Assembly (NCBI GenBank): GCA_964504105.1
Contig: CAZDDB010000001.1
Coordinates: forward strand, 1 to 53,257
Reading direction: 5' to 3'
DNA from: an uncultured Acidobacteriota bacterium
GTDB lineage: Bacteria; Acidobacteriota; HRBIN11; JAKEFK01
DNA length: 53,257 nucleotides
Of this stretch, positions 1 to 9,000 are shown one piece after another. The notes beneath the pieces are model-generated. The model saw only the letters and a program-made list of their open reading frames with translations, was not told the origin of the DNA and searched no databases. The position numbers and the translations under genes were made by a program. The stretch's first letter is position 1. Every line of letters begins with the position of its first letter.

Positions 1-2
1 TG

Positions 3-83
3 GGCCAGTCGATCGCTTATGCCAGAATGAACGGCGTGGTTCCGCCCTGGACCGCTGCCGAGCAGGCCGCGGCCAACAAGTAG
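3..83 (+). CDS. C-terminal fragment of a CDS cut by the window edge; product not identifiable
   Basis: Frame is open from position 3 to TAG at 81-83 (..GQSIAYARMNGVVPPWTAAEQAAANK*). Only 26 codons are visible. Confidence 0.3.
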   Translation, partial: GQSIAYARMNGVVPPWTAAEQAAANK

Positions 84-144
84 GGGCGCGCGGCGTGCGC
101 TCCTACAAATCTCTCTTGCGACTGCGCGTGTTATATTTAATACT

Positions 145-831
145 ATGCCGCCGCGTAAACGAAGGAAGGAGCGTGATCCTGAAGTCGACCGGATCCTGAA
201 TCAACTCTGGAACATTATCGATGATCTGGAGATGCTGCTTCCATCGCATTCACGATGGTTTCGGGTTACGATTTTTGGAAGCAGCCGGATCGCCCGCGGA
301 GATTCGCTATACATTCTTGGGCGAGATCTTGCATTCCATCTCACACGGCTCGGGTGCGATATTGTAACTGGCGGCGGACCCGGTCTGATGGAAGCAGCTA
401 ACGAAGGCGCTCAGGTAGGAGATACTACGGGAAGAACGAAGTCGTACGGTCTTCACATCGAGCTTCCTTATGAATACAAGCCGAATCCGTACATTGACCG
501 GCTAACTTCGCACCGGACCTTTTTCTCCCGGCTCCACCATTTTGTGCGTCTTTCCCACGCCTACATCGTGTTGCCTGGTGGAATCGGAACCTGTCTTGAG
601 ACGTTTATGATCTGGCAGCTGCTTCAGGTGGGTTACATCAAAGACCGTCCCCTGATTTTACTGGGAGAAATGTGGTCCGGCTTGCTGGAATGGATGCGTA
701 AGGAAATGGTGCCCCAGCGTGTTTCCTCCGAGGAAGCAGACATTGTTCGTGTGGTTACAACGATTGAAGAAGCAGTTCGCATCATCAAAGAGGCGAAGAA
801 GAAATTCGATCGGACGATGGCTTTGGTGTAG
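145..831 (+). CDS. LOG / TIGR00730-family Rossmann-fold protein (cytokinin riboside 5'-monophosphate phosphoribohydrolase-like)
   Basis: 228-aa ORF with the two LOG-family signatures GGGPGLMEA and PGGIGTCLE in the expected order. Confidence 0.8.
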   Translation: MPPRKRRKERDPEVDRILNQLWNIIDDLEMLLPSHSRWFRVTIFGSSRIARGDSLYILGRDLAFHLTRLGCDIVTGGGPGLMEAANEGAQVGDTTGRTKSYGLHIELPYEYKPNPYIDRLTSHRTFFSRLHHFVRLSHAYIVLPGGIGTCLETFMIWQLLQVGYIKDRPLILLGEMWSGLLEWMRKEMVPQRVSSEEADIVRVVTTIEEAVRIIKEAKKKFDRTMALV

Positions 832-883
832 GAAGGACAGCCTCTTATAGTATACTGTGCAGTTCACTGGAGGCTCTTTTTTC

Positions 884-1537
884 ATGCGCGACTACGAGGA
901 AAAAAGTTATTACGAAATTCAGCTGGATAACAAGCAGCTGATTCTCGTTTTCTTGGCCGCGCTGACTCTCTGTGTGCTGATTTTTGTTCTGGGTGTGATG
1001 GTGGGAAAGGGACAAAAGGAAGCCGAGATGGCGGCCATGGCAAGACCGGAAGGAACACAGGTAAAGACTGAGCCTGATCCGAATGTTCCGGAGCAGCCAA
1101 AAGAGACTGTGACTCCGGATCCGAAGAGTGAGAAGGCGGAAAAGACATCGAAGACGCAGACTTTATCCAACCCGGCACAAGGCGACGGATTCTACGGGCT
1201 CGATCAATCGGAGGAGTCTCAGAAAGGGCTGGAACCCGAAAAAAAACCGGTGACCGCAAAGCCGGAAACCAAGGTTCCCGAGGTTTCACCGCAACCGGTT
1301 TCGCCACGCTTTACGGTTCAGCTCATGGCAACCGAATCCAAGAACAAGGCGCAGGAACAGGTAAGATTTCTAAAAGCCAGGGGATACAACCCGTTCATGA
1401 GCGTCAAGGAAACAAAAAAAGGGAATGTTTACAAAGTCCGTGTCGGGAAGTATTCAGATACTGCCGAGGCAAAGGAAATGGCCGCGCGTCTGAAGGAAAA
1501 GCTGAAACTCGACCCCTGGGTTACCGAGCTTGACTGA
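884..1537 (+). CDS. SPOR domain-containing membrane protein
   Basis: ATG 884 is preceded by GGAGG (869-873). N-terminal TM helix (LILVFLAALTLCVLIFVLGVMV), a Pro/Glu/Lys-rich linker, and a C-terminal SPOR-like segment (FTVQLMATESKNKAQEQVRFLKARGYNPF..YKVRVGKYSDTAEAKEMAARLK). Confidence 0.8.
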   Translation: MRDYEEKSYYEIQLDNKQLILVFLAALTLCVLIFVLGVMVGKGQKEAEMAAMARPEGTQVKTEPDPNVPEQPKETVTPDPKSEKAEKTSKTQTLSNPAQGDGFYGLDQSEESQKGLEPEKKPVTAKPETKVPEVSPQPVSPRFTVQLMATESKNKAQEQVRFLKARGYNPFMSVKETKKGNVYKVRVGKYSDTAEAKEMAARLKEKLKLDPWVTELD

Positions 1538-3225
1538 TGCTTGTTTCTGAGAATAACGGAAAGAAGCTGCTCGGAAACGTTCTTGTAGAAGCGGGATTGA
1601 TCACGACGCCGCAGCTCGATCAAGCGCTCGAAGAACAAAAACTGCACGGCGGCCGTATCGGATTCAATCTCGTCCGGCTGGGTTTCCTCTCTTCTTCCAG
1701 TCTGGTCCTCTATTTGCAAGAACATCTGGGTGTTGGAATCCACAGCGCCTCGCCGGCAGAGAGGCAAAAAGCTGCCGATGCGCTCCCGCGGCACCTGGCC
1801 CTCTACTACAAAATTGCTCCGATCCGGTTAGAAGACGAAACTCTTACCGTGGCCATTTCGGAGATCGAACATGCCAATCTGATCCCTGTCCTTTCGGAGA
1901 TTACCGGTTATAGGATTGACCCGTTGATCTATCCGGAAAAAGAGATTCGTGTGCTGGTGGACAGTTCGTACAGTGTTCCTTCCGAAAAGGGGATTGAATT
2001 TCTTTCCTTTGGCGATCACATTTTTACCATTGTGGATGCAGCTAAAAACCTCAAAGCGCTTGCACCCGGACAGCTCAAGAATGAACTCGATGTCGGAGAA
2101 TGGTTCCGCAGTATTGTCGCGGAAGCGATCCGGGAAAAATCCCGTGAAATCCTGATCCAGCCGGAAGCCGGAGGAAGTTCGATTTACTTTAAGAAAGAGA
2201 GCTTTCAATTCTCCGAGTTTTCGCTGGATCCACCCATGCACGATGACCTGACGTTTCTTCTGTTCAGACTTGCTCGAATGAATCCAATCCAGCAGCAAAG
2301 CCCGCAGCATGGCCGGTTTCAGTTAAAGGTCAATGACCGGAAGGTTGTGATGGTCGCCGGCGCGTTTCCAACCATCTATGGAATGCGCTTTCTACTGGAG
2401 ATGTTTGATGAGAGGATGCTGCGACGCTCATTTGATGAGGTTACGAATCCATATCCTGCAATGAGGAAGCACCTGGACGATTTCGTATCCGCGCGGAGAG
2501 GGATGCTGTTGATTACCGGGCCTCCGGGATCCGGACGGACTTCGTTTCTGTACAGTTTGTTGAGCCGGTGCAAAGAACAATACAGCCACATCATGACGCT
2601 GGAGGAGGCGGTCCGGTATCCGCTGAGCGGAATCAGTCAAACCTGTGTGGAAGAGAAGGGGATGGAAAGCGCCCTGGAGGATATCCTCACTCAGAAACCG
2701 GATCTGGTGGCGGTTCATACGCTTCGAACGCCGCGGAGCGTCGAGATTGCGTTCCTGATTGCGGCGCGAATTCCGGTGATTTGCATTCTGTCTTCTTATG
2801 ATAGTTTTCTTGCAGTGGAATGGCTTTGCCGTCACCACCTAAAATCGGCTGTCAAGGCGGGGCTGCTCCATTCGGTGGTCTCTCCCCGGATGATTCCGCA
2901 GGTTTGTCCCCGTTGCGCCGCCCCGTACGATCTTTCCTCCGCTCAAAAGGAGAATCTTGCGATTCCCGGCCATCTGGAGCTCAAGACAAACCAGGGATGC
3001 GATTACTGCAGTTCTGTGGATGAAGCGCGTTGCGAAATTGCTATGGAATGCTTGCGGGTGGACCGCGATGTTCTTTCCTGGCTCGAGACAAGTCATTCGG
3101 CCTCAAGCCTGCGACAGAGAGCCCGTGAATCCGGGCGGAAGACGCTTTACGACGTTGCCTTGCAAATTGCATCGCGGGGCGGACTGGACATGGTTTCCGT
3201 GATGAAGTTGCAATCTGTCCTGTGA
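1537..3225 (+). CDS. GspE/PilB-family (type II/IV secretion ATPase-like) protein with degenerate nucleotide-binding motifs
   Basis: T2SSE_N-like N-terminus (LLGNVLVEAGLITTPQLDQALEEQ), P-loop GPPGSGRTS, and a C-terminal tetracysteine motif CPRC..CDYC. The start overlaps the upstream stop (TGATG). Confidence 0.75.
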   Translation: MLVSENNGKKLLGNVLVEAGLITTPQLDQALEEQKLHGGRIGFNLVRLGFLSSSSLVLYLQEHLGVGIHSASPAERQKAADALPRHLALYYKIAPIRLEDETLTVAISEIEHANLIPVLSEITGYRIDPLIYPEKEIRVLVDSSYSVPSEKGIEFLSFGDHIFTIVDAAKNLKALAPGQLKNELDVGEWFRSIVAEAIREKSREILIQPEAGGSSIYFKKESFQFSEFSLDPPMHDDLTFLLFRLARMNPIQQQSPQHGRFQLKVNDRKVVMVAGAFPTIYGMRFLLEMFDERMLRRSFDEVTNPYPAMRKHLDDFVSARRGMLLITGPPGSGRTSFLYSLLSRCKEQYSHIMTLEEAVRYPLSGISQTCVEEKGMESALEDILTQKPDLVAVHTLRTPRSVEIAFLIAARIPVICILSSYDSFLAVEWLCRHHLKSAVKAGLLHSVVSPRMIPQVCPRCAAPYDLSSAQKENLAIPGHLELKTNQGCDYCSSVDEARCEIAMECLRVDRDVLSWLETSHSASSLRQRARESGRKTLYDVALQIASRGGLDMVSVMKLQSVL

Positions 3226-4748
3226 ATCCGCAGGCTTACCGCTACTCTCCGGCAATTCTTGCCGTTCTTTCCGGGCTTCTCCAAATAGTGATCTTCCCTT
3301 CGTTGGAACTATCCTGGTTGGGGTTTATTTGTTTTGTGCCCTTGCTGGTTCTTGTTTCCACGCATCGGTCCCGGGCCCTCTTTCTTTATTTTGGTTTGGG
3401 AGGGATTGTCTTTCAACTGGGGAACCTTTACTGGATCTTTCATGTAATCGAACACTACACGAAGTTGCCCGTGCTCCTTGCGGCCGGGGTCTTGCTTCTT
3501 CTTTGTCTGGCAATCTCCGTCCTCTTCTGGGGAACTTTTGGAGCGCTCCTGGGGCTCTTTCACGCGCGGTTGGGAATGTATTGGGCCATGCTTGCTGCTC
3601 CGTTTCTATGGATTACGCTGGAATGGCTGCGCAACCACGGCACACAATTTCCCTGGTGTTTTCTCGGTTACAGCCAGTATAACCACATTCGGCTCGCGCA
3701 ATTTGCCGCCCTGACCGGGGTGTATGGTCTTTCCTGGTTGCTTCTGGCAGCAAACGCATCTATTACTATTCTAATAACTCTAAAACGTTCAATCTACTTT
3801 ATTTTAATTACTGTATTAGTATTATGTATATACTATTATGGAAATAATACTATTAACAATAATATTCAAGGCGAACGAATCACTGTGGGATGCGTTCAGG
3901 GGAATGTGCCGCAGGATGTGAAGCTGAGCTACCAATTTGCGGAGGAGATCAACCGCAGACAGCTGCAGATGACTGACCAGTTGATCCGTACAAGCAAGCC
4001 GGACCTGGTTCTCTGGTCCGAGTCATCCACACTGTTTCCTCTGCGCGAAGGAGGGCCGTGGACCGCTGAGATTCAGGATCTTGCCAGAACCAGCGGAACA
4101 CCTTTTGTGATCGGGAGTGATTCGTTCGATCGCGAGGGGGTATACAACAGCGCATTTCTGGTAAACAGCCGCGGAGAAATCGACGGTCGTTATGACAAAG
4201 TTTATCTTGTTCCCTTTGGTGAGTATGTCCCGCTGCGTTCGATTCTGTTTTTTGCCGGCAAGGTCGTTCCGGAGATCTCCGATTTCTCGGCAGGGAAGGG
4301 GTACCATCTCTTTCCAATCAAGGGGGGGAAATTTGCGGTTCATATTTGCTTCGAGGTAGTGTTTCCGCAATTGACTCGCGAATTCTGTCTGGGCGACGCC
4401 TCTCTCCTTGTGAACATCACCAATGATGCATGGTTCGGTGACACGTCAGCGCCCCGGCAACATTTCGCGATGGCTGTGATGCGGGCCATTGAAAATCGCC
4501 GCTACATGGTTCGCGCTGCCAACACCGGGATCAGTGGAATCATTGATCCCTATGGCCGGATCTTGCAAACCACAAAGATTTTTGTGCCTGCCCTGGTTTC
4601 CGGTGAAGTGAAGAACATCCGGGAGCTGACGTTTTATACGCGTTACGGTGATCTGCTGGTTTATGCAGCGATTCTTATCGTCAGCTTTGCTTTTATTGTG
4701 GCAATCTTCAGACGCCCGCGCTCCACTCACGTTGACGCACGAAACTGA
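3222..4748 (+). CDS. lnt: apolipoprotein N-acyltransferase
   Basis: Multi-TM N-terminus followed by a CN-hydrolase domain with Lnt-type motifs (LVLWSES, YDKVYLVPFGEYVP, VHICFEVVFP). The GTG start overlaps the upstream stop (GTGA). Confidence 0.85.
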   Translation: MNPQAYRYSPAILAVLSGLLQIVIFPSLELSWLGFICFVPLLVLVSTHRSRALFLYFGLGGIVFQLGNLYWIFHVIEHYTKLPVLLAAGVLLLLCLAISVLFWGTFGALLGLFHARLGMYWAMLAAPFLWITLEWLRNHGTQFPWCFLGYSQYNHIRLAQFAALTGVYGLSWLLLAANASITILITLKRSIYFILITVLVLCIYYYGNNTINNNIQGERITVGCVQGNVPQDVKLSYQFAEEINRRQLQMTDQLIRTSKPDLVLWSESSTLFPLREGGPWTAEIQDLARTSGTPFVIGSDSFDREGVYNSAFLVNSRGEIDGRYDKVYLVPFGEYVPLRSILFFAGKVVPEISDFSAGKGYHLFPIKGGKFAVHICFEVVFPQLTREFCLGDASLLVNITNDAWFGDTSAPRQHFAMAVMRAIENRRYMVRAANTGISGIIDPYGRILQTTKIFVPALVSGEVKNIRELTFYTRYGDLLVYAAILIVSFAFIVAIFRRPRSTHVDARN

Positions 4749-4766
4749 AACGGGTATTTTGCTTCT

Positions 4767-5891
4767 ATGCAGACAGGCGCGATCAGCGTTCGTTGGATTT
4801 CGGGTAGAAACTATGACCTGCTCTTGTATATCGGCGCCTGCCTCAGTGGCTATCTTCTGATCTACTGCAATGTTGCGCTGGGAGTTCCGGCGCTTTTCCT
4901 GTTCTGGATCTGGATTGTATCGGTGGATGGGCCACATGTGTTTGCGACAATTTCGCGCACCTATCTGGATTCCCGGGAATGGAAAGAACGATCCCGGCTC
5001 CTGCTGGGAAGTCTGGCATGGTTTCTAGTTGGGCCAATCATCGTGTTTTTATCGATCCTGCTGGGCACGAAACTTCCGTTTTTCACTTTCCTGACGTTGG
5101 CTCAACTATGGGCTTACTGGCATGTGGTCCGGCAACATTATGGTTTTCTGGTGCTTTACCAGAAAAAGAACGGGGAAGCCGCGGGGAAATTAAACAGAAC
5201 TGATTATTGGATCTTTTACATTCTGATGCTCGCTCCGTTTGTCTCTTTCCTGTTGCGTCACCCCGAGGCGCGAGCTCAGGTCGGACTGCCGCCGTGGATT
5301 TCGAAACTGGAAACATATGCTCTGGTTGCCGTGCACGCAGTGATTGCGGTCGCTCTCATCTGGTATCTTGCGAAGGAGATCAGGAATTGGAGCAGAGGAC
5401 TCCCGTTGAATGTGCCGAAAAACTTGTTTCTGCTTGCATGCGTTCCGCTCCATATGCTCATCTTCTTGCATCCGTATGTTTCGACGCATGTGGACATTCG
5501 CCTGTTTGCCGTCTTCGTGACCTTCTATCACAATATCCAATATCACGGAATTGTCTGGTTCTATAACCGGAACCGGTATGGTTCCGATCCGGACGGAAAA
5601 CAGTTCGGTCTTGCAGGGAAAGTCAGTCGCAGCTTTCTCACTTACTATCTTGCGGGGATCGTGTTTACATTGATGTACCGGTATCCGAACTGGTTTTTGA
5701 CCGGTTTGCCGGTCCCCTTTGCGACCGGACCGAGCAGTGTAAGCCAGGCGACATTGGGACCGCTCTTTACAATTTCCGATCTCGCTATTGGTTTTTGGTG
5801 GGGCTTTGCGTTCAATCACTACTTTTTGGATCAGAAGATCTGGAAACTGAGCAAGGACAAACAACTCACCAAAGACCTCCGTGTGGCGTAG
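4767..5891 (+). CDS. multi-pass membrane protein of unknown function with His-rich motifs
   Basis: 374-aa ORF, predominantly hydrophobic helices. Conserved-looking HVVRQHYGF and HNIQYHGIVW (HxxxxH) motifs. I recognise no family. Confidence 0.6.
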   Translation: MQTGAISVRWISGRNYDLLLYIGACLSGYLLIYCNVALGVPALFLFWIWIVSVDGPHVFATISRTYLDSREWKERSRLLLGSLAWFLVGPIIVFLSILLGTKLPFFTFLTLAQLWAYWHVVRQHYGFLVLYQKKNGEAAGKLNRTDYWIFYILMLAPFVSFLLRHPEARAQVGLPPWISKLETYALVAVHAVIAVALIWYLAKEIRNWSRGLPLNVPKNLFLLACVPLHMLIFLHPYVSTHVDIRLFAVFVTFYHNIQYHGIVWFYNRNRYGSDPDGKQFGLAGKVSRSFLTYYLAGIVFTLMYRYPNWFLTGLPVPFATGPSSVSQATLGPLFTISDLAIGFWWGFAFNHYFLDQKIWKLSKDKQLTKDLRVA

Positions 5892-5902
5892 CTCAGGGAA
5901 TT

Positions 5903-6046
5903 CACCGCAGAGAGACGCAGAGTACGCAGAGAGGGAAAAAATTCAGCACGGAATACACGGAAACCACGGAATAGGATTTGGACATGAGTGATAACTTCCG
6001 TGTATTCCGTGCTGAATCCTTTCTCTGCGTTCTCCGCGGTCTGTGC
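5903..6046. repeat. REP-like long imperfect palindrome built of 9-bp-spaced heptamers (CGCAGAG x3, CACGGAA x3)
   Basis: Perfect 22-bp arms attcagcacggaatacacggaa (5941-5962) and ttccgtgtattccgtgctgaat (5996-6017). The outer arms pair imperfectly. Starts 12 nt after the stop of the upstream gene. Confidence 0.8.
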
Positions 6047-6105
6047 TGTCAATTCCTTGACAGGGATGTGGACACACTGTACTGTCTTATAATTCAGGAG
6101 GAGGG

Positions 6106-7992
6106 ATGCGTTTGCGTTGGATCGCGAATGGACTGCTCTTCGTATTGCTTTCGGTTTCAGGACTGGTTGGTACAGAGGTGACGATGGGAGGTTCAGTGGA
6201 GAGAGGGAATATGCATCAGGATCCGCATTCATTTTCCAATCCGGAAGAAGCTGTGGTGAAAGATCTTATGCTGGATGCCACGGTGGATTTTTCGAAGAAG
6301 CAAATCACAGGAAAAGCGACTCTGCAGATTGAAAACAAAAAAAGAGTTCGGAAGCTCTATCTGGATTCAGAGTCCTTGCATATAGAGCGGGTAACGGTGG
6401 GTAATCCCGAACAGGTATCCACGTTTGAGGTTGGCAAGAGTGTTCAATATCTGGGAGAACCGTTGATCATTGACATTCAACCCGATACGAACCTTATAAA
6501 TATCTATTATTCCACCAGTCCGAGGGCTTCGGCATTACAATGGCTGGAGCCCGCGCAGACGGCGGGCGGCAAACAGCCGTTCCTGTATACGCAGTCTCAG
6601 ACCGCGCTTGCGCGAAGTTGGGTCCCGTGCCAGGATACGCCGGGTGTCCGGATGACCTATCGGGCCAGGATTAAAGTGCCCGCGAATCTGATGGCCGTCA
6701 TGAGTGCGCAGAATCCGACCACAAAGAATGCTTCTGGTATTTATGAATTCAAGATGCCTCATCCCGTTCCTTCCTACCTGCTGGCTCTTGCAGTGGGCGA
6801 CCTTGAGTTCCGTTCGATGGGCTCGCGTACCGGTATCTATTCGGAGCCGTCGGTAGTTGGTAAAGCTGCATGGGAATTTGCAGAGACGGAAAAGATGATC
6901 GAGGCGGCGGAGAAACTCTACGGTTCTTACCGTTGGGACCGCTACGATTTGATTGTGCTGCCTCCCAGCTTTCCGTGGGGCGGGATGGAGAATCCGATGC
7001 TGACGTTTGCTACTCCGACCGTCATTACGGGAGACCGGTCACTGGTTGCTCTTGTGGCTCATGAACTGGCTCACTCATGGTCCGGGAATCTGGTTACCAA
7101 CGCCACCTGGAACGACTTCTGGCTGAACGAAGGATTTACGACCTATTTTGATCATCGCATTATGGAAGTGGTTTACGGAAAGGAATTTGATGACATGCTT
7201 TCCGTGCTCAGCCTTCAGGATCTTCAAAAGGAGATGGTTCAACTGGGGCCGAAGAGTCCGGATACGCAATTGAAAACCAATCTGGCAGGCCGGGATCCGG
7301 AGGATTCCGCCACACAAATCCCCTACGAGAAGGGACAGTTTTTCTTGCGCACGATTGAGGAGGCCGTAGGGCGGAAGCGATGGGACGCGTTTCTCAATGC
7401 CTATTTTGATCATTTTGCGTTTCAGAGTATTACCACGGAAGAGTTTCTCGATTATTTGCGAAAGAACCTGATCGACGGAGACGAAGAACTGGAAAAGAAA
7501 CTTCAGATCGAAGCCTGGGTCTATCATCCGGGAATTCCTTCGAATATTGTAAAAGTACACAGTGATGCGCTTGCGAGTGTAGATGCGCAAATCAAGCAGT
7601 GGTCCGATGGAATGCCGGTCAAACAGTTGCAGACTTCAAGGTGGACCACGCAGGAATGGATACATTTCTTGCGCCATTTGCCCGCAAACTTAGATCCTGA
7701 TCGGCTGGGACAGGTCGACGCTGTGCTTCATCTCTCGGACAGCCCGAATTGCGAGATTCTACACGAATGGCTCTTGCAGGTGATCGCAAGGAAGTATGAA
7801 ACGGCCTATCCCGCCATCGAACGTCTCTTGACACTCTCGGGCCGCAGGAAATACGTAAAGTCAATCATGACGCAATTGGCAAAATCGCCCGAGGGTTTGG
7901 ACCTGGCGCGAAAAATCTACAGGAAATCTCGTCCCACATATCATGCCGTGACACGAGACATTGCGGACAGGATCTTGCAGTGGAACTATTGA
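6106..7992 (+). CDS. M1-family zinc aminopeptidase (leukotriene A4 hydrolase-like), secreted
   Basis: Signal-peptide-like N-terminus, GGMENP exopeptidase motif, HELAHSWSGN..x18..WLNEGFTTY zincin motif, and an LTA4H-type helical C-terminal domain. Confidence 0.9.
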   Translation: MRLRWIANGLLFVLLSVSGLVGTEVTMGGSVERGNMHQDPHSFSNPEEAVVKDLMLDATVDFSKKQITGKATLQIENKKRVRKLYLDSESLHIERVTVGNPEQVSTFEVGKSVQYLGEPLIIDIQPDTNLINIYYSTSPRASALQWLEPAQTAGGKQPFLYTQSQTALARSWVPCQDTPGVRMTYRARIKVPANLMAVMSAQNPTTKNASGIYEFKMPHPVPSYLLALAVGDLEFRSMGSRTGIYSEPSVVGKAAWEFAETEKMIEAAEKLYGSYRWDRYDLIVLPPSFPWGGMENPMLTFATPTVITGDRSLVALVAHELAHSWSGNLVTNATWNDFWLNEGFTTYFDHRIMEVVYGKEFDDMLSVLSLQDLQKEMVQLGPKSPDTQLKTNLAGRDPEDSATQIPYEKGQFFLRTIEEAVGRKRWDAFLNAYFDHFAFQSITTEEFLDYLRKNLIDGDEELEKKLQIEAWVYHPGIPSNIVKVHSDALASVDAQIKQWSDGMPVKQLQTSRWTTQEWIHFLRHLPANLDPDRLGQVDAVLHLSDSPNCEILHEWLLQVIARKYETAYPAIERLLTLSGRRKYVKSIMTQLAKSPEGLDLARKIYRKSRPTYHAVTRDIADRILQWNY

Positions 7993-7999
7993 GATCCAA

Positions 8000-8998
8000 A
8001 TGAAAGTTCGGATTATTAATCAGATTGAAATCCGTCAACTTTTGCCGATGGCCGAGTGTCTGGATCTGATGTCCGAGGCTCTGAAAGCGCTGGCCCGCGG
8101 CGCGTCGATTCTTCCTTTGCGGCAGGTCATTGCTTTACCCGATAAGAGCGGCCTTCTCGCTGTAATGCCTTCTTATTCAGGAAATCTTCCGGCGATGGGT
8201 GTGAAGGTGATCAGCGTGTTTCCGGGAAATCTGGGAACGGAGCTGGATTCGCATCAAGGCGCGGTTTTGCTCTTCGAAACGGAGCGCGGACGTCTGATTG
8301 CGATTCTTGATGCAAGCGAGATTACCGCGATTCGAACTGCCGCCGTCAGCGGCGTTGCCACGCGCGTTCTGGCGCGGGAAGACGCCACCGATCTGGCAAT
8401 TCTGGGTTCCGGGGTTCAGGCACGGAGTCATCTCGAAGCGATGCTGGTTGCGCGAAATATCACACGCGTGAGGGTCTGGAGCCGCCGTTTCGAAAATGCC
8501 CGTCGCTTTGCAGAAAGTGAATCGCTGCGCATCAACTTATCTGTTACCGCAGTTCGAACGGCACAGGAGGCTGTAACTGCTGCCGACATCATTTGCACCA
8601 CGACTGCTGCGAAGGAACCGGTTCTGTTTGGCGAATGGATTTCCCCGGGCACACACATCACTGCCGCAGGCGCGTTTGGTCCCACAACACGCGAGGTGGA
8701 CACGGTAGCGATGGTGAAATCCAGGCTGTTTGTGGACCGGCGCGAGTCTACACTGAATGAATCAGGCGACTTTCTGATCCCAAAACGCGAAGGCGCGATC
8801 AACGATGCACACATCCTGGGCGAACTGGGCGAATTGCTGATCGAAAAAGTGAGAGGCCGAACTGCGCCAGGTGAAATTACGCTTTTCAAATCGATGGGCA
8901 TCGCGATCGAAGATCTTGCGTCCGCCCACTACATTTACAACAAAGCCGTGCAACAGGGAATCGGAACCAGCATCGAACTCGGCGGCGAACGATCGTAA
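8000..8998 (+). CDS. ornithine cyclodeaminase / mu-crystallin family protein
   Basis: The ORF is open from 7961, but ATG 8000 (MKVRIINQIEIRQLLPM..) avoids overlap with the peptidase gene. Rossmann segment DLAILGSGVQARSHL and overall OCD-family pattern. Confidence 0.8.
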   Translation: MKVRIINQIEIRQLLPMAECLDLMSEALKALARGASILPLRQVIALPDKSGLLAVMPSYSGNLPAMGVKVISVFPGNLGTELDSHQGAVLLFETERGRLIAILDASEITAIRTAAVSGVATRVLAREDATDLAILGSGVQARSHLEAMLVARNITRVRVWSRRFENARRFAESESLRINLSVTAVRTAQEAVTAADIICTTTAAKEPVLFGEWISPGTHITAAGAFGPTTREVDTVAMVKSRLFVDRRESTLNESGDFLIPKREGAINDAHILGELGELLIEKVRGRTAPGEITLFKSMGIAIEDLASAHYIYNKAVQQGIGTSIELGGERS

Positions 8999-9000
8999 GA

